Part shown: one piece after another, positions 52,723 to 62,745 of the stretch
Position numbering within the stretch: the first letter of the stretch is position 1
How the letters are laid out: every line of letters starts with the position of its first letter
NCBI GenBank assembly: GCA_963765495.1
Contig: CAVXWP010000012.1
Location: forward strand, 128,001 to 192,000
Origin: Blastocatellia bacterium
Lineage (GTDB): Bacteria > Acidobacteriota > Blastocatellia > UBA7656
Reading direction: 5' to 3'
Length of the DNA stretch: 64,000 nucleotides
Position numbers and translations under genes: made by a program
The notes under the pieces: generated by a model
What the model saw: only the letters and a program-made list of their open reading frames with translations
What the model was told of the DNA's origin: nothing
Database searches by the model: none

Positions 52723-54621
52723 ATGAGGAATATCACACTGGAAGAGGTCGCTCAGACCTATGGTGTGGAAAACTGGGGGGCAGGATACTTTGAGGTAAAC
52801 CGAAAAGGACATCTTGCGGTACGCCCGGCCAAGGACGATCCCCGATCCGTTGATCTCAAAGAAGTCATAGACGATCTGGTAGAACAGCGCAAGCTTTCGC
52901 TACCCATCCTGATTCGGTTCCCGCAGATACTGGTCAATCAGCTAAAGAAGCTCAATAAATCCTTCAAGGAGTCGTCGCGCGAATTCGACTACGCCGGCAA
53001 CCACTACGCCGTGTTTCCAATGAAGGTCAATCCCCGGCGCGAGGTTGTAGAAGAATTCTTGCGCGAAGGCAGAAGATACAACTTCGGCGTGGAATGCGGG
53101 TCAAAGGCCGAGCTTTACGCGGCGCTTTCGCTCAATCAGGCACCGGAATCGCTGCTTATCTGCAACGGGTTCAAAGATCAGTCCTTTGTGGACCTCGCTT
53201 TGATAGGGACTCGGATAGGCAAGCGAGTTATGATCGTCGTAGAGAAGCTCAACGAATTGAAGATGATCGTTCGCCGCGTGCAAGAGACGGGCGTGCGCCC
53301 CTGGATAGGGCTCAGGGCAAAGCTCTATTCGCGCGGATCTGGCAAATGGGCTTCATCGGGCGGCGAATCGGCCAAGTTCGGTCTCACTACCTCGGAAATA
53401 CTCGATTGCATACGCGTGCTCCGCGAGTACGAGATGGAAGACTCGCTCAAGCTGCTCCATTTTCACATAGGCTCGCAGATAACCGACATCAAGCGTGTAA
53501 AGAACGCGATGAAGGAATCGGCCCGCGTCTATGCCAAGATACGCCAGATGCACATAAACATAGAATATCTGGACATAGGCGGCGGCATGGGCGTCGATTA
53601 CGACGGATCGAAGACCACCTTTGAATCGAGCGTAAACTATACTACGCAGGAATTTGCAAACGATGTGATCTACACTATAAAATCGGTTTGCGAAGACGAG
53701 GGTGTGCCCGAGCCGCATCTGGTCACCGAAAGCGGGCGTGTGATGTCGGCATATCACGCTGTCTTTGTGACCTCTATCCGCGACGAGATTGAGACCTTTG
53801 CCGACGACCGGCCCGAAGTAACTGTAACCGATGACGACCCGCAGGTGATAATAGAGCTTAAAGACCTCTACGACGATATAAACGCAAAGGTCTATCGCGA
53901 ATACTACCACGATGCGCTCGACCACAAAGACGAGTTGCACACGCAGTTTAATCTGGGGCTGATCAGTCTCGAAGACCGGGCCAAGGGCGAGGTGCTGTTC
54001 TGGGAAGTATGCGCGCGCGCATCAAAATTTGCCCGCGCTGCAAAGATACAGGAAGAAGAGTTTGATGAGTTGAAAAGGATTCTGGCGTCGAAGTATCTTT
54101 GCAATTTTTCGGTCTTTCGCTCGGTGCCCGATCACTGGGCCATTGACCAGCTTTTTCCTATAATGCCCATACACCGGCTCAACGAAACGCCGACCGACTA
54201 TGCCACTTTCGTGGATATAACCTGCGATTCCGATGGCCATATAGACAAGTTCGTAGACCTTAAAGATGTGAAAGAAGTGCTCGAACTTCATCCTTTCACA
54301 GGCGACCCATATTACATAGGCATATTTCTGGTCGGCGCATATCAGGAGGTAATGGGCAGCTATCACAATCTTTTCGGCATGCCAAACGAGGCTCATGTTA
54401 ATATAGACAAGGACGGCCGTTATCACATTACCCGTACTGTTCAGGGCAGTCGCATCGGCGACATGATCGCTTTTGCACGCTACGACCGCAGTCAGGCATG
54501 GGAGAATTTTCGGCGAATGACGAAGGAGCGAGTGGACGGCGGACACCTCACTCAGGATGAAGCCGACGCCCTCGTCAAGCGATACGAAGATGATATCAAC
54601 CGGTATACATATCTAGAATAG
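52723..54621 (+). CDS. speA: biosynthetic arginine decarboxylase
   Basis: WGAGYF, FPMKVN (PLP Lys), GSKAEL, HFHIGSQ, TESGR, DITCDSDG, GAYQE. Confidence 0.96.
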   Translation: MRNITLEEVAQTYGVENWGAGYFEVNRKGHLAVRPAKDDPRSVDLKEVIDDLVEQRKLSLPILIRFPQILVNQLKKLNKSFKESSREFDYAGNHYAVFPMKVNPRREVVEEFLREGRRYNFGVECGSKAELYAALSLNQAPESLLICNGFKDQSFVDLALIGTRIGKRVMIVVEKLNELKMIVRRVQETGVRPWIGLRAKLYSRGSGKWASSGGESAKFGLTTSEILDCIRVLREYEMEDSLKLLHFHIGSQITDIKRVKNAMKESARVYAKIRQMHINIEYLDIGGGMGVDYDGSKTTFESSVNYTTQEFANDVIYTIKSVCEDEGVPEPHLVTESGRVMSAYHAVFVTSIRDEIETFADDRPEVTVTDDDPQVIIELKDLYDDINAKVYREYYHDALDHKDELHTQFNLGLISLEDRAKGEVLFWEVCARASKFARAAKIQEEEFDELKRILASKYLCNFSVFRSVPDHWAIDQLFPIMPIHRLNETPTDYATFVDITCDSDGHIDKFVDLKDVKEVLELHPFTGDPYYIGIFLVGAYQEVMGSYHNLFGMPNEAHVNIDKDGRYHITRTVQGSRIGDMIAFARYDRSQAWENFRRMTKERVDGGHLTQDEADALVKRYEDDINRYTYLE

Positions 54622-54701
54622 GGGCCAGGGGCCGGGGGCCAGGGGCCAGGAAACTCAGTATGTCTGATCCTGACCCCCGCCCCCCCGACCCCCGATCCCC
54701 G
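54620..54701. repeat. heptamer (AGGGGCC) fold-back element
   Basis: aggggcc aggggcc gggggcc aggggcc agg ... cctgacccccgcccccccgacccccgatccccg. Confidence 0.85.
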
Positions 54702-54719
54702 ATTGAGGCCAATAACACA

Positions 54720-55769
54720 ATGATGAGGAAACAAAAAAGCTCGAAATTCCTGACTACCCCCACGCGTCCCGTGCAGATAGACCGTGATCGTTCGGTCGCA
54801 GGACTGCTCACCAAGATGGAAGGCGCGGGCTTTCAAGCCCGCACGCTTGCCGCCGCGCACAACCTCTGGCTGGAGATGCTATCGGACAACGCGACGATTT
54901 TCATGGGGTTGTCGGGGTCACTGGTCGCTTCCGGGATGCGGCGGCTGATCTCTTATCTGATCAAGAACCACTATGTGGACGCTGTCGTCGCTACGGGAGC
55001 GAATCTCTTCCACGATCTGCACGAAACGCTTGGCCGCTATCATTATCAGGCATCCGAAGAAATGGGCGACGACGAGCTTCAGGATGCACAGGTGGGGCGC
55101 TTCTACGATATACTCGCAAGCGAGCACGAATACCGCGAGGCCGACGAGTGGGTAGGCAATTTCGCCAACACAGTCGACCACTCGCGCCCCTATTCAACGC
55201 GGGAATTTTTGCATCTGCTCGGACGCGAGCTTGCCGAAATAGCCACCGAAGACGGCATATTGACATCGGCCTACAAGGCCAAGGTTCCGGTATTTTGCCC
55301 GAGCGTTGCTGATTCGGCCATAGCCGTAGGCATAGCCACATCGCGAATCAATCGCAAAAATCCGTTTCAATTCGACATTATTCAGGATGTGGTAGAGGCT
55401 TCACACGTCATCGCGCGCTCGGTCAACACGGCTACGGTGCTCTTTGGCGGCGGCCCTCCCCGAAGCTTTCTTCATCAAACCGAGATAGCGGCCTCGATCA
55501 TCAAGCAATCGATTCGCGGCCACAAGTACGCGCTGCAAATCGGGCTTGATCTGCCCGAAAGCAGCACAACATCGGATCGGAGTTTTGAGGAAGCGCAGAC
55601 CTGGGGCCGCGTGGCCAAAGATGCCAACATGGTTTCGGTTCTCTGCGACCCGACCATCGCAATGCCGATACTTGTGACGGCACTGTCACAGACGGGGACG
55701 AAAGCGCTCAAGCAGCGCCGACGCCCTCAATTCAACTTTGGCCGTGACCTCTCGGTCAACTTTTCATAA
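54720..55769 (+). CDS. deoxyhypusine synthase-like protein, catalytic Lys replaced by Arg
   Basis: GFQA, ATGANLFHD, PVFCPSVADS, GGG, EAQTWGR (canonical EAxSWGK), DPTIAMP. Confidence 0.88.
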   Translation: MMRKQKSSKFLTTPTRPVQIDRDRSVAGLLTKMEGAGFQARTLAAAHNLWLEMLSDNATIFMGLSGSLVASGMRRLISYLIKNHYVDAVVATGANLFHDLHETLGRYHYQASEEMGDDELQDAQVGRFYDILASEHEYREADEWVGNFANTVDHSRPYSTREFLHLLGRELAEIATEDGILTSAYKAKVPVFCPSVADSAIAVGIATSRINRKNPFQFDIIQDVVEASHVIARSVNTATVLFGGGPPRSFLHQTEIAASIIKQSIRGHKYALQIGLDLPESSTTSDRSFEEAQTWGRVAKDANMVSVLCDPTIAMPILVTALSQTGTKALKQRRRPQFNFGRDLSVNFS

Positions 55770-55821
55770 GGCACCAGGTGGCAAAAATTTTAGTGGTTAA
55801 TTTGTAGGCGAGTTTTGCGCT

Positions 55822-55868
55822 AATAGGTCACAGATGACGCGAATTAGACGCGTCATCTGTGACCTATT
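55822..55868. repeat. perfect 20-bp hairpin, short AATAGG-family element
   Basis: aataggtcacagatgacgcg-N7-cgcgtcatctgtgacctatt. Confidence 0.85.
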
Positions 55869-56033
55869 TCTATTTCACAGCCCAAAAACGACGGGTCTGC
55901 TGCCCGGCACCTCTCGCCTGTGTTAATATCTTAGTCGCGGGCGTTTATCTGGCACTTATCCTTGCGCACAATCGCGGCGGCTTTACTTTCGCGACGCGCC
56001 AGTAAATCAATCTATTACGTGGAGGTTCGAACA

Positions 56034-56732
56034 ATGAAAGCTTTCTTTACATCATTAGTGCTTTTGCTCGTCGTGACGCCGGCCGCGCTCGCTCGTCAAA
56101 ATAAAGAACGTGCCGACGAAGTGAAGCGGCTCAATCGCGCTACACAGGTCTTTTCGGAAATCATGCGCACGCCCGATAAGGGCATCCCCGAAGACCTGCT
56201 CGACAAGGCCGAATGCGTTGCCATAGTGCCGGGCTTGAAAAAAGGTGCGCTCGGGTTAGGCGGTCGCTACGGCAAGGGCGTCGTCACCTGCCGACAGGCA
56301 AACAGACGGTGGAGCGCGCCCTCTTTCCTTACGGTTGAAGGCGGCAGCGTGGGGTTTCAAATAGGCTTTGAGCAGGTGGATGTCGTTATGCTCATAATGA
56401 ACCGCACAGGAATGGAAAAACTGGTCGGTGACAAATTCACCGTAGGCGCAGACGCGTCGGCCGCTGCCGGTCCTGTCGGACGCCATACATCGGCCGGGAC
56501 AAACATAAGAATGGACGCGCAGATATTGACCTACTCGCGCGCGAAGGGGTTGTTTGCCGGTATTTCGCTTGACGGAGCCGTGGTCAAACAGGATAAGGAC
56601 GATAACCGCGATTTCTATGGCAGTGATGTAGATGCGCGGGCGATCCTCTTTGAGGCCAAAGTGCCTATGCCTGCCGAAGGACGCTCGCTCGCCGCTGCTC
56701 TTTCCCGCAACTCGCCTAGAAAGAAAAGATAA
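56034..56732 (+). CDS. lipid-binding SYLF (Ysc84) domain protein
   Basis: Signal peptide, WSAPSF, GGSVGFQIG, AAAGPVGR, YSRAKGLFAGISLDG. Confidence 0.93.
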   Translation: MKAFFTSLVLLLVVTPAALARQNKERADEVKRLNRATQVFSEIMRTPDKGIPEDLLDKAECVAIVPGLKKGALGLGGRYGKGVVTCRQANRRWSAPSFLTVEGGSVGFQIGFEQVDVVMLIMNRTGMEKLVGDKFTVGADASAAAGPVGRHTSAGTNIRMDAQILTYSRAKGLFAGISLDGAVVKQDKDDNRDFYGSDVDARAILFEAKVPMPAEGRSLAAALSRNSPRKKR

Positions 56733-56753
56733 AATCCGGTGCGCCATCCAAAG

Positions 56754-56789
56754 CGGATCTGAGATTTCAGATTTGAAATCTCAGATCCG
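56754..56789. repeat. 16-bp perfect hairpin made of ATCTGAG/ATTTCAG heptamers
   Basis: cggatctgagatttca-gatt-tgaaatctcagatccg; related single-arm array at 7821-7863. Confidence 0.8.
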
Positions 56790-56933
56790 TGGCCTTTCTT
56801 CACCTGCCTTTCGTTCAAATTAATCTGTAAAAATTAATCTGTAAAAGGATTTGACGCCGATTGCTCGCAGATCAAAAACTGAATAGTTCTGGGGAAAAAG
56901 CCGGATTGGGATACACACAAAGGAAGGATTTGC

Positions 56934-56962
56934 TTGACTTATCGAAGTCAAAGCAGTATTAT
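56934..56962 (+). promoter_or_regulatory. sigma70 promoter overlapped by a palindrome
   Basis: TTGACT-N17-TATTAT; TTGACTT-N4-AAGTCAA inverted repeat at 56934-56951. Confidence 0.7.
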
Positions 56963-56965
56963 GCT

Positions 56966-57094
56966 GCGGTGCGCCAGGTCGTCTAATCGACAAGCCCCCT
57001 TGAACATTCAGTAGCCCCCTTTCTGAATGTTCCATACCCCAGCGCACCGCCAAAACAGTACCGCTTTATGGCAGGAACATAAAGCGGTTTTGTT
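56966..57094 (+). ncRNA. putative structured small RNA with C-rich loops
   Basis: Promoter, 9-bp closing stem, two internal hairpins and an intrinsic terminator; no plausible ORF. Confidence 0.6.
57060..57094 (+). terminator. intrinsic terminator
   Basis: accgctttatg-N7-cataaagcggt followed by tttgtt. Confidence 0.75.
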
Positions 57095-57489
57095 CACGGG
57101 GGTAGTTTGTACCATACCTTTCAACAGGATGCAAGAAAAAAGTTAAAGTAACACTTGAAGAATCTGAAATAATCCCCCTGCCTTTTTGTTAAATCCTTAT
57201 TTTACTATAGTTTAAGCCTTAGCAGCACAGATGATTTTTTTTCTGTGACTTAAAGTATTTTCTCATTTTGCACTGGCTAACTGCTAAACGGAAAAGCGAT
57301 CAGGGCTGGACGCGGGAGGCGCTACAGAAAGATCGGCTCTGCTCGCCGAAATTCCGTTTCAGCTTTTGAGCCTTTTGATCGGTGTTTGGAGCCAAAGTGG
57401 TTTCTAATTTTCTGTATAATAAGAGTTTAGCGATTTAATCGCCTATAGGTTTAGGAAAGGCCGTTTTTCCTGATAACATAGGGGCGATC

Positions 57490-58242
57490 ATGGTATTGAC
57501 GGATGTAACAGACGAGTTGCTGATGATGTTCGATAGCGCCCGAACCGTGGCTTGTTTGACCGGGGCAGGAATATCGGCTGAAAGCGGAGTGCCTACGTTC
57601 AGAGGCGGCGGCGGGTCCGAGATATGGACATGGCGTGGCAGACCCGTGACCGAGCTCTCATCGGCTGAATTAATCGCGACCGACCCACGTCTGGTCTGGG
57701 AGTGGTTTGATTACCGGCGCGGGTTACTTAGCGATGTGACGCCAAATCCGGGTCATTTTGCGCTTGCCCAGTGGGAGCGGCGATTTGATGAATTCACGCT
57801 AATTACTCAAAACATTGATGATCTTCATAGAGAAGCCGGGAGTCTAAATCTGCTTGAGCTTCACGGCAACATCTGGCGCGCGCGCTGCCTGCGCTGTTCA
57901 AGCGTATTCGAGGCGAGGGAGTGTCCGCTTGAGCAGAACCCGCCGCTCTGCCTTGCCTGTGGTGGACCTGCCCGGCCCGATGTGGTGCTGTTTGGCGAAT
58001 TGTTGCCCTCGGGTGTATTTGAGCGCGCGGAGGAAGCCGCCTACAACGCGGACATCTTTTTTGTCATAGGCACATCCGCCGTGGTCTATCCGGCGGCAGG
58101 GCTTCCGATTGCCGCGAAGCAGGCCGGAGCGCGAGTGATCGAAGTCAACCCGGAGCTTACCGATATATCAGTGCTCGCGGATGTGAGTTTACTGGGTAAA
58201 GCCGGCGAGATATTGCCACGATTCATAAAGGAGCGAGGGTGA
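57490..58242 (+). CDS. cobB: NAD-dependent protein deacylase (sirtuin)
   Basis: TGAGISAESGVPTFRG, TQNIDDLH, ELHGN, CxxC..CxxC, RPDVVLFGE, IGTS. Confidence 0.95.
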   Translation: MVLTDVTDELLMMFDSARTVACLTGAGISAESGVPTFRGGGGSEIWTWRGRPVTELSSAELIATDPRLVWEWFDYRRGLLSDVTPNPGHFALAQWERRFDEFTLITQNIDDLHREAGSLNLLELHGNIWRARCLRCSSVFEARECPLEQNPPLCLACGGPARPDVVLFGELLPSGVFERAEEAAYNADIFFVIGTSAVVYPAAGLPIAAKQAGARVIEVNPELTDISVLADVSLLGKAGEILPRFIKERG

Positions 58243-59462
58243 TGCGCGCGCTTTATTTCGACTGCTATGCGGGCATAAGCGGCGATATGATAATCGGCGC
58301 TCTCATTGATCTGGGCGTAAGGCTTGAACTGATTGCGGATCAATTATTATCGCTCGGCCTCGAAGGATACCGGATCAAAGCCGACAAAGTGATGCGCAGC
58401 CAGATTGCCGCAACGAAATTCGGTGTTGAGATTGATGACAGGGCTCAGCCTGCGCGCCATCTCGACGACATCATAAGCATCATCGATGGTTCGCGTCTGA
58501 GCCATACGGTCAAATCTCTTTCAAAGCGAGTCTTCGAGCGATTGGCCGAAGCCGAAGCGCGTGTGCACGGCACTACCTCGGAGCGAGTTCATTTTCACGA
58601 GGTAGGGGCGGTAGATTCGATCATTGATATAGTCGGGGCGATGATTGGATTTGAAGAGTTGGGAATAGAAGTCTATTACTCATCTCGGCTGAGAGTAGGT
58701 CGCGGCTCGATTGAGGCGGCGCACGGGCTTTTACCCGTTCCGGCTCCGGGTACGGCCGAGCTTCTTCGCGGAGTCCCCATTTATGCGGGCGCGCTCGAAG
58801 GCGAGTTTGTCACGCCAACGGGCGCGGCGATTGTGACAACCCTTTGCGAACATTTCATACCAATCCCTCAAATGAAACTGGATCGAACAGGCTACGGCGC
58901 AGGCGCTCGCGACCCGGAAGGGTTTCCGAATACGTTGCGATTGATCCTGGGAGAGACGGAGCAAGAGCAGGCAGTGGCGAGCGCAGAACACGTATTAGTA
59001 ATCGAAACCAACATTGATGATATGAATCCACAGGTCTACGGATTTGTGATGGACCGCGCCTTTCAGATGGGCGCACTCGATGTTTTCATAACACCTGTTC
59101 AGATGAAAAAGAACCGGCCCGGCGCTATGTTGACCGTCATCTGTGAAGCGCAATATCTCGACTCTTTAACAGAGATGCTGCTTGCCGAGACCACGACTCT
59201 TGGTGTGCGGTATTACGAAGCGAAACGCCGCGTGCTTGCTCGTGCAATCGAGACGGTAGAGACTCCCTACGGACGGGTGCGGATTAAAGTGGCGCGGGCG
59301 GGCATTCGCACGTTACACTTTCATCCTGAGTATGAAGATTGCCTGCGACTGGTTGAGCAGGCGCGTGTGCCGCTGCTTGAAATCCAATCGGCCGCCATCG
59401 CCGCCTACCGAGACAGGCTGGACGCGAATCAGGAAAAGAACGAAACGGATGGAAAGCACTAA
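58242..59462 (+). CDS. larC: nickel pincer cofactor biosynthesis protein LarC
   Basis: [55 protein letters not shown]. Confidence 0.93.
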   Translation: MRALYFDCYAGISGDMIIGALIDLGVRLELIADQLLSLGLEGYRIKADKVMRSQIAATKFGVEIDDRAQPARHLDDIISIIDGSRLSHTVKSLSKRVFERLAEAEARVHGTTSERVHFHEVGAVDSIIDIVGAMIGFEELGIEVYYSSRLRVGRGSIEAAHGLLPVPAPGTAELLRGVPIYAGALEGEFVTPTGAAIVTTLCEHFIPIPQMKLDRTGYGAGARDPEGFPNTLRLILGETEQEQAVASAEHVLVIETNIDDMNPQVYGFVMDRAFQMGALDVFITPVQMKKNRPGAMLTVICEAQYLDSLTEMLLAETTTLGVRYYEAKRRVLARAIETVETPYGRVRIKVARAGIRTLHFHPEYEDCLRLVEQARVPLLEIQSAAIAAYRDRLDANQEKNETDGKH

Positions 59463-60069
59463 AAAGACAAAGATAAAAGATGGACAAAAGCCTGCCACTT
59501 CGGTTGATCTGGAAAAGATCGAAGCCGGTATCAGGCTGATACTGGAAGGCATAGGCGAAGACCCTGATCGGCCGGGACTTGAAGGCACTCCGCGTCGAGT
59601 TGCGCTCATGTATAAAGAGATTTGCGCCGGGCTGCACGAAGATGCGCGCAAGCTTCTTCAGGTCATACCGGCTGAGACTCACGACGAAATGGTTATCGTC
59701 AAAGACATTCCTATTTACAGCCTGTGTGAACATCACCTCACACCGTTCAGCGGAGTGGCACACATCGCCTACATTCCCAAACAGGGCAGAATCGTGGGCT
59801 TATCCAAACTCGCCCGCGTGGCCGACCTGATGGCCAAGAAGCCGCAGATTCAGGAGCGACTCACTACGGAAATCGCCGACCTGCTTTTTGAAGAACTGGG
59901 CGCGACCGGCGTGATGGTCGTAATCGAGGCCGAGCACATGTGCATGGAGATGCGCGGAATAAAGAAGCCCGGAGCAAGAACGATCACAAGCGCGCTCCGT
60001 GGAGGGTTCCTGAAAGACCCGCGCACCCGCGCCGAAGCGATGTCGCTCATAGGCCGCCGCGACAGGTAA
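59449..60069 (+). CDS. folE: GTP cyclohydrolase I
   Basis: [42 protein letters not shown]. Confidence 0.97.
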   Translation: MESTKKTKIKDGQKPATSVDLEKIEAGIRLILEGIGEDPDRPGLEGTPRRVALMYKEICAGLHEDARKLLQVIPAETHDEMVIVKDIPIYSLCEHHLTPFSGVAHIAYIPKQGRIVGLSKLARVADLMAKKPQIQERLTTEIADLLFEELGATGVMVVIEAEHMCMEMRGIKKPGARTITSALRGGFLKDPRTRAEAMSLIGRRDR

Positions 60070-60126
60070 TCCAATAAAATCGAGTTGGTATATCTTTCCA
60101 ACCTTCAGTCAGGGAATAGAATCGCT

Positions 60127-62190
60127 ATGGCAGAAACCTTTTACGTCACTACACCGATTTATTACGTCAACCGCGAGCCGCATCTGGGCCACGCCTACAC
60201 TACGCTCGTTGCCGATTCGCTCACGCGGTTCAAGAGGCAACGCGGTATTAATTCTTTCTTTTTGACCGGGACCGATGAGCACGGCGTAAACATCGAGCGC
60301 GCAGCAGCCGCCCGAAATATCCCTATCGCTCAGCACGTAGACGAAATCGTGAGCCGTTACAAGGCGGCCTTTGCTTCGCTCGGCGTCGAGTATGATCGAT
60401 GGATACGCACCACCGATTCGTTTCACGAAGAGGCCGTGCAGCGGCTCTGGCAGATACTTGCCGAGCGCGGTTACATCTACAAGGGAGAATATGAAGGATG
60501 GTTTTGCGGATACTGCAACGAGTTCAAAGATGTTGACGTTGATGACAACCATCCGGTCTGCCCCGTACACGAGCGTCCGCTCGACCGCGTTTCGGAAGAG
60601 AGTTATTTCTTCAAGCTCTCTGAGTTTCAAAAGCCTCTGCTTGAACTCTACGAATCACGCCCGGATTTTGTGCAGCCGGATGCGCGCCGCAATGAAGTTA
60701 TCTCTTTCGTTTCGGGCGGGCTCAAGGATTTGTCGGTCAGCCGCGCCTCGGTCAAGTGGGGCGTGCAGGTTCCAGATGATCCCGGCCACACTGTTTATGT
60801 CTGGCTCGATGCGCTGACGAATTACATCACGGCGCTCGGCTGGGGCAATGACGAATATAAAGATTTCGACCGCTACTGGCCCGCGCTTCATCTGGTGGGC
60901 AAAGACATTCTGAGATTTCACGCCGTCTACTGGCCCGCGTTTTTGATAGCCGCTGGCATAGAGGTTCCGCGTCAGGTATTTGCACACGGGATGTTGTTAT
61001 CGGGCGGGCGCAAGATGTCCAAGACGCTTGGGAACACCATAGAACTTCCGTTGCTTCAAAAGCATTTCACGCCTGATATGATCCGCTATTTCCTGCTGCG
61101 TGAAATCTCTTTCGGTCAGGATGGAGATGTCACATACGAGGCGTTGATTGATCGAATCAATGCCGATCTTGCGGACGGGCTTGGAAATCTCGCAAGTCGG
61201 ACTCTCACGATGGTGCGAAATTATTTCGAAGGACGAGCGCCTCGTCCCGCTGCCGAAAGCGATGCGGAGGACGCGGACGAAGTGCGTCACGCCATTGATC
61301 AGGCCGGAGCGAAATTCAATCAAGAGTTTGGTGTGATGAATTTCGCCCGCGCGCTTGAATCGGTGTGGGCAGGCATATCGCGGCTGGACAAATTCATCAC
61401 CGATAATCAGCCGTGGAAACTTGCCAAGGATGAATCGGCGCGCAACCGTCTTGAAAGCGTGCTTGCGACTGCTTACGAAGGGCTGCGCCATCTGGTGCTG
61501 TTTGCCGCGCCTGCGCTCCCGGAAAGCGCTCGCGAGATATGGAAGCAGATGGGGCTTTCCGGTGATCCGCTTCTCATCAACCCGAACGAAACGACGTGGG
61601 GCGAGCCGTTAGACCAGGCTGTGATTGATAAGATCAGTCCCGTATTCCCGAAACTCAACAAGGAGAAGATAATGTCGGAGATCGAAAAAGAGAGAGAGCA
61701 GCCGGCTGAACAATCCGCGCCTGAGCAGGTTGCGCCCGAATCGGCTGCCTCCGAACAGACCGGGACCAAAGTTGAAGAAGCAAAGGCTGAAGAGGCAAAG
61801 GCTGAAGAGGCAAAGGCGACCCCGGGAGCCACGCAGGCCGTCCCTGCTGCCGCGACTGAAAAGATAGCGATTGATGATTTTGCAAAAGTTGAGCTTCGCG
61901 CTGCCACCGTGCTTGAAGCCGAGCGCATACCGAAGGCTGACCGCTTGCTGCGATTGGTTGTAGACGTGGGCGAAGCCGAACCTAGACAGATACTCGCGGG
62001 CATCGCTCAGCACTACTCGCCCGAAGAGGTCGTAGGCCGCAAGATCATAATCGTAGCTAATCTGGCCCCGCGAAAGATGCGAGGACTTGAATCGAATGGA
62101 ATGCTGCTGGCCGCATCAATCGGCGAAGAGGGGCGGCCCGTGCTTGCCACCTTTGGCGAAGACGTGCCAAACGGCGCGCGGCTCAAATAA
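60127..62190 (+). CDS. metG: methionyl-tRNA synthetase with C-terminal tRNA-binding domain
   Basis: TTPIYYVN, HLGH, GTDEHG, KMSKT, C-terminal Trbp111-like domain. Confidence 0.97.
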   Translation: MAETFYVTTPIYYVNREPHLGHAYTTLVADSLTRFKRQRGINSFFLTGTDEHGVNIERAAAARNIPIAQHVDEIVSRYKAAFASLGVEYDRWIRTTDSFHEEAVQRLWQILAERGYIYKGEYEGWFCGYCNEFKDVDVDDNHPVCPVHERPLDRVSEESYFFKLSEFQKPLLELYESRPDFVQPDARRNEVISFVSGGLKDLSVSRASVKWGVQVPDDPGHTVYVWLDALTNYITALGWGNDEYKDFDRYWPALHLVGKDILRFHAVYWPAFLIAAGIEVPRQVFAHGMLLSGGRKMSKTLGNTIELPLLQKHFTPDMIRYFLLREISFGQDGDVTYEALIDRINADLADGLGNLASRTLTMVRNYFEGRAPRPAAESDAEDADEVRHAIDQAGAKFNQEFGVMNFARALESVWAGISRLDKFITDNQPWKLAKDESARNRLESVLATAYEGLRHLVLFAAPALPESAREIWKQMGLSGDPLLINPNETTWGEPLDQAVIDKISPVFPKLNKEKIMSEIEKEREQPAEQSAPEQVAPESAASEQTGTKVEEAKAEEAKAEEAKATPGATQAVPAAATEKIAIDDFAKVELRAATVLEAERIPKADRLLRLVVDVGEAEPRQILAGIAQHYSPEEVVGRKIIIVANLAPRKMRGLESNGMLLAASIGEEGRPVLATFGEDVPNGARLK

Positions 62191-62228
62191 CTTTTCCTCT
62201 TACCCTAACAGAAGTCGCACCAATGTTC

Positions 62229-62255
62229 AGGACGGGATTTGCATATTCCCGTCCT
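62229..62255 (+). terminator. hairpin after metG, possible terminator
   Basis: aggacggga-N9-tcccgtcct; weak U tract. Confidence 0.45.
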
Positions 62256-62745
62256 CTTCATTAGAGTTTGATGATGTGGCTTGCGATGAGCTTTGTGTAA
62301 ATCCAATCCATTTCAGTCTGTCGTATATCAGTGTCGGTGGAGCGATCTGTTTGGTTTGGGGGCTTTCCGCCGACAATCGACAATCTTGCAGCTCGGAGAT
62401 GCAGAGACAAATAAGCAATCGGGGTCTGAGAAATTGCTCCGAAAGGTCTGTTTTAAGAAAAACCCGTCTTCTTCAGAGGAGACAACATTTGATCGCGCAC
62501 GGGGAGTTGTTGTTATTTGTCTGTGAAGAAGCCGGGTTGTGAATCTCCGTCCAGGAGCGACTGCAAACAATTGTGTTGATCTTTCGTCTATATACCTGAG
62601 AACATTTGATCTCATCATGAGAAATCAAACAGCAGATGACTGAGAACCTGCATACTTCCGTAGAGTAGCCAACGGCTCGCAATCCCGCTTTTGGCCATTC
62701 ACAGACTTACGAATGTGTTCGCAATACGAAAAAAGGAGAAAACAT

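Noticed and set aside
54660-54719. N-terminal extensions in the ORF track (DHS-like; also zwf 44018, TlpA 29739, 36745)
   Set aside because: They translate repeat arms or adjacent intergenic DNA; downstream ATGs fit the family N-termini better
55951-55967. TGGCAC...TTGC upstream of the SYLF gene as a sigma54 promoter
   Set aside because: GG-to-GC spacing is 11 nt rather than the required 10
57100-57489. AT-rich tract as a replication origin
   Set aside because: No TTATCCACA-type DnaA box cluster seen and no dnaA/dnaN context; probably a promoter region
61774-61818. 15-bp x3 repeat in metG (EEAKA)
   Set aside because: In-frame expansion in a flexible linker; cannot shift the frame
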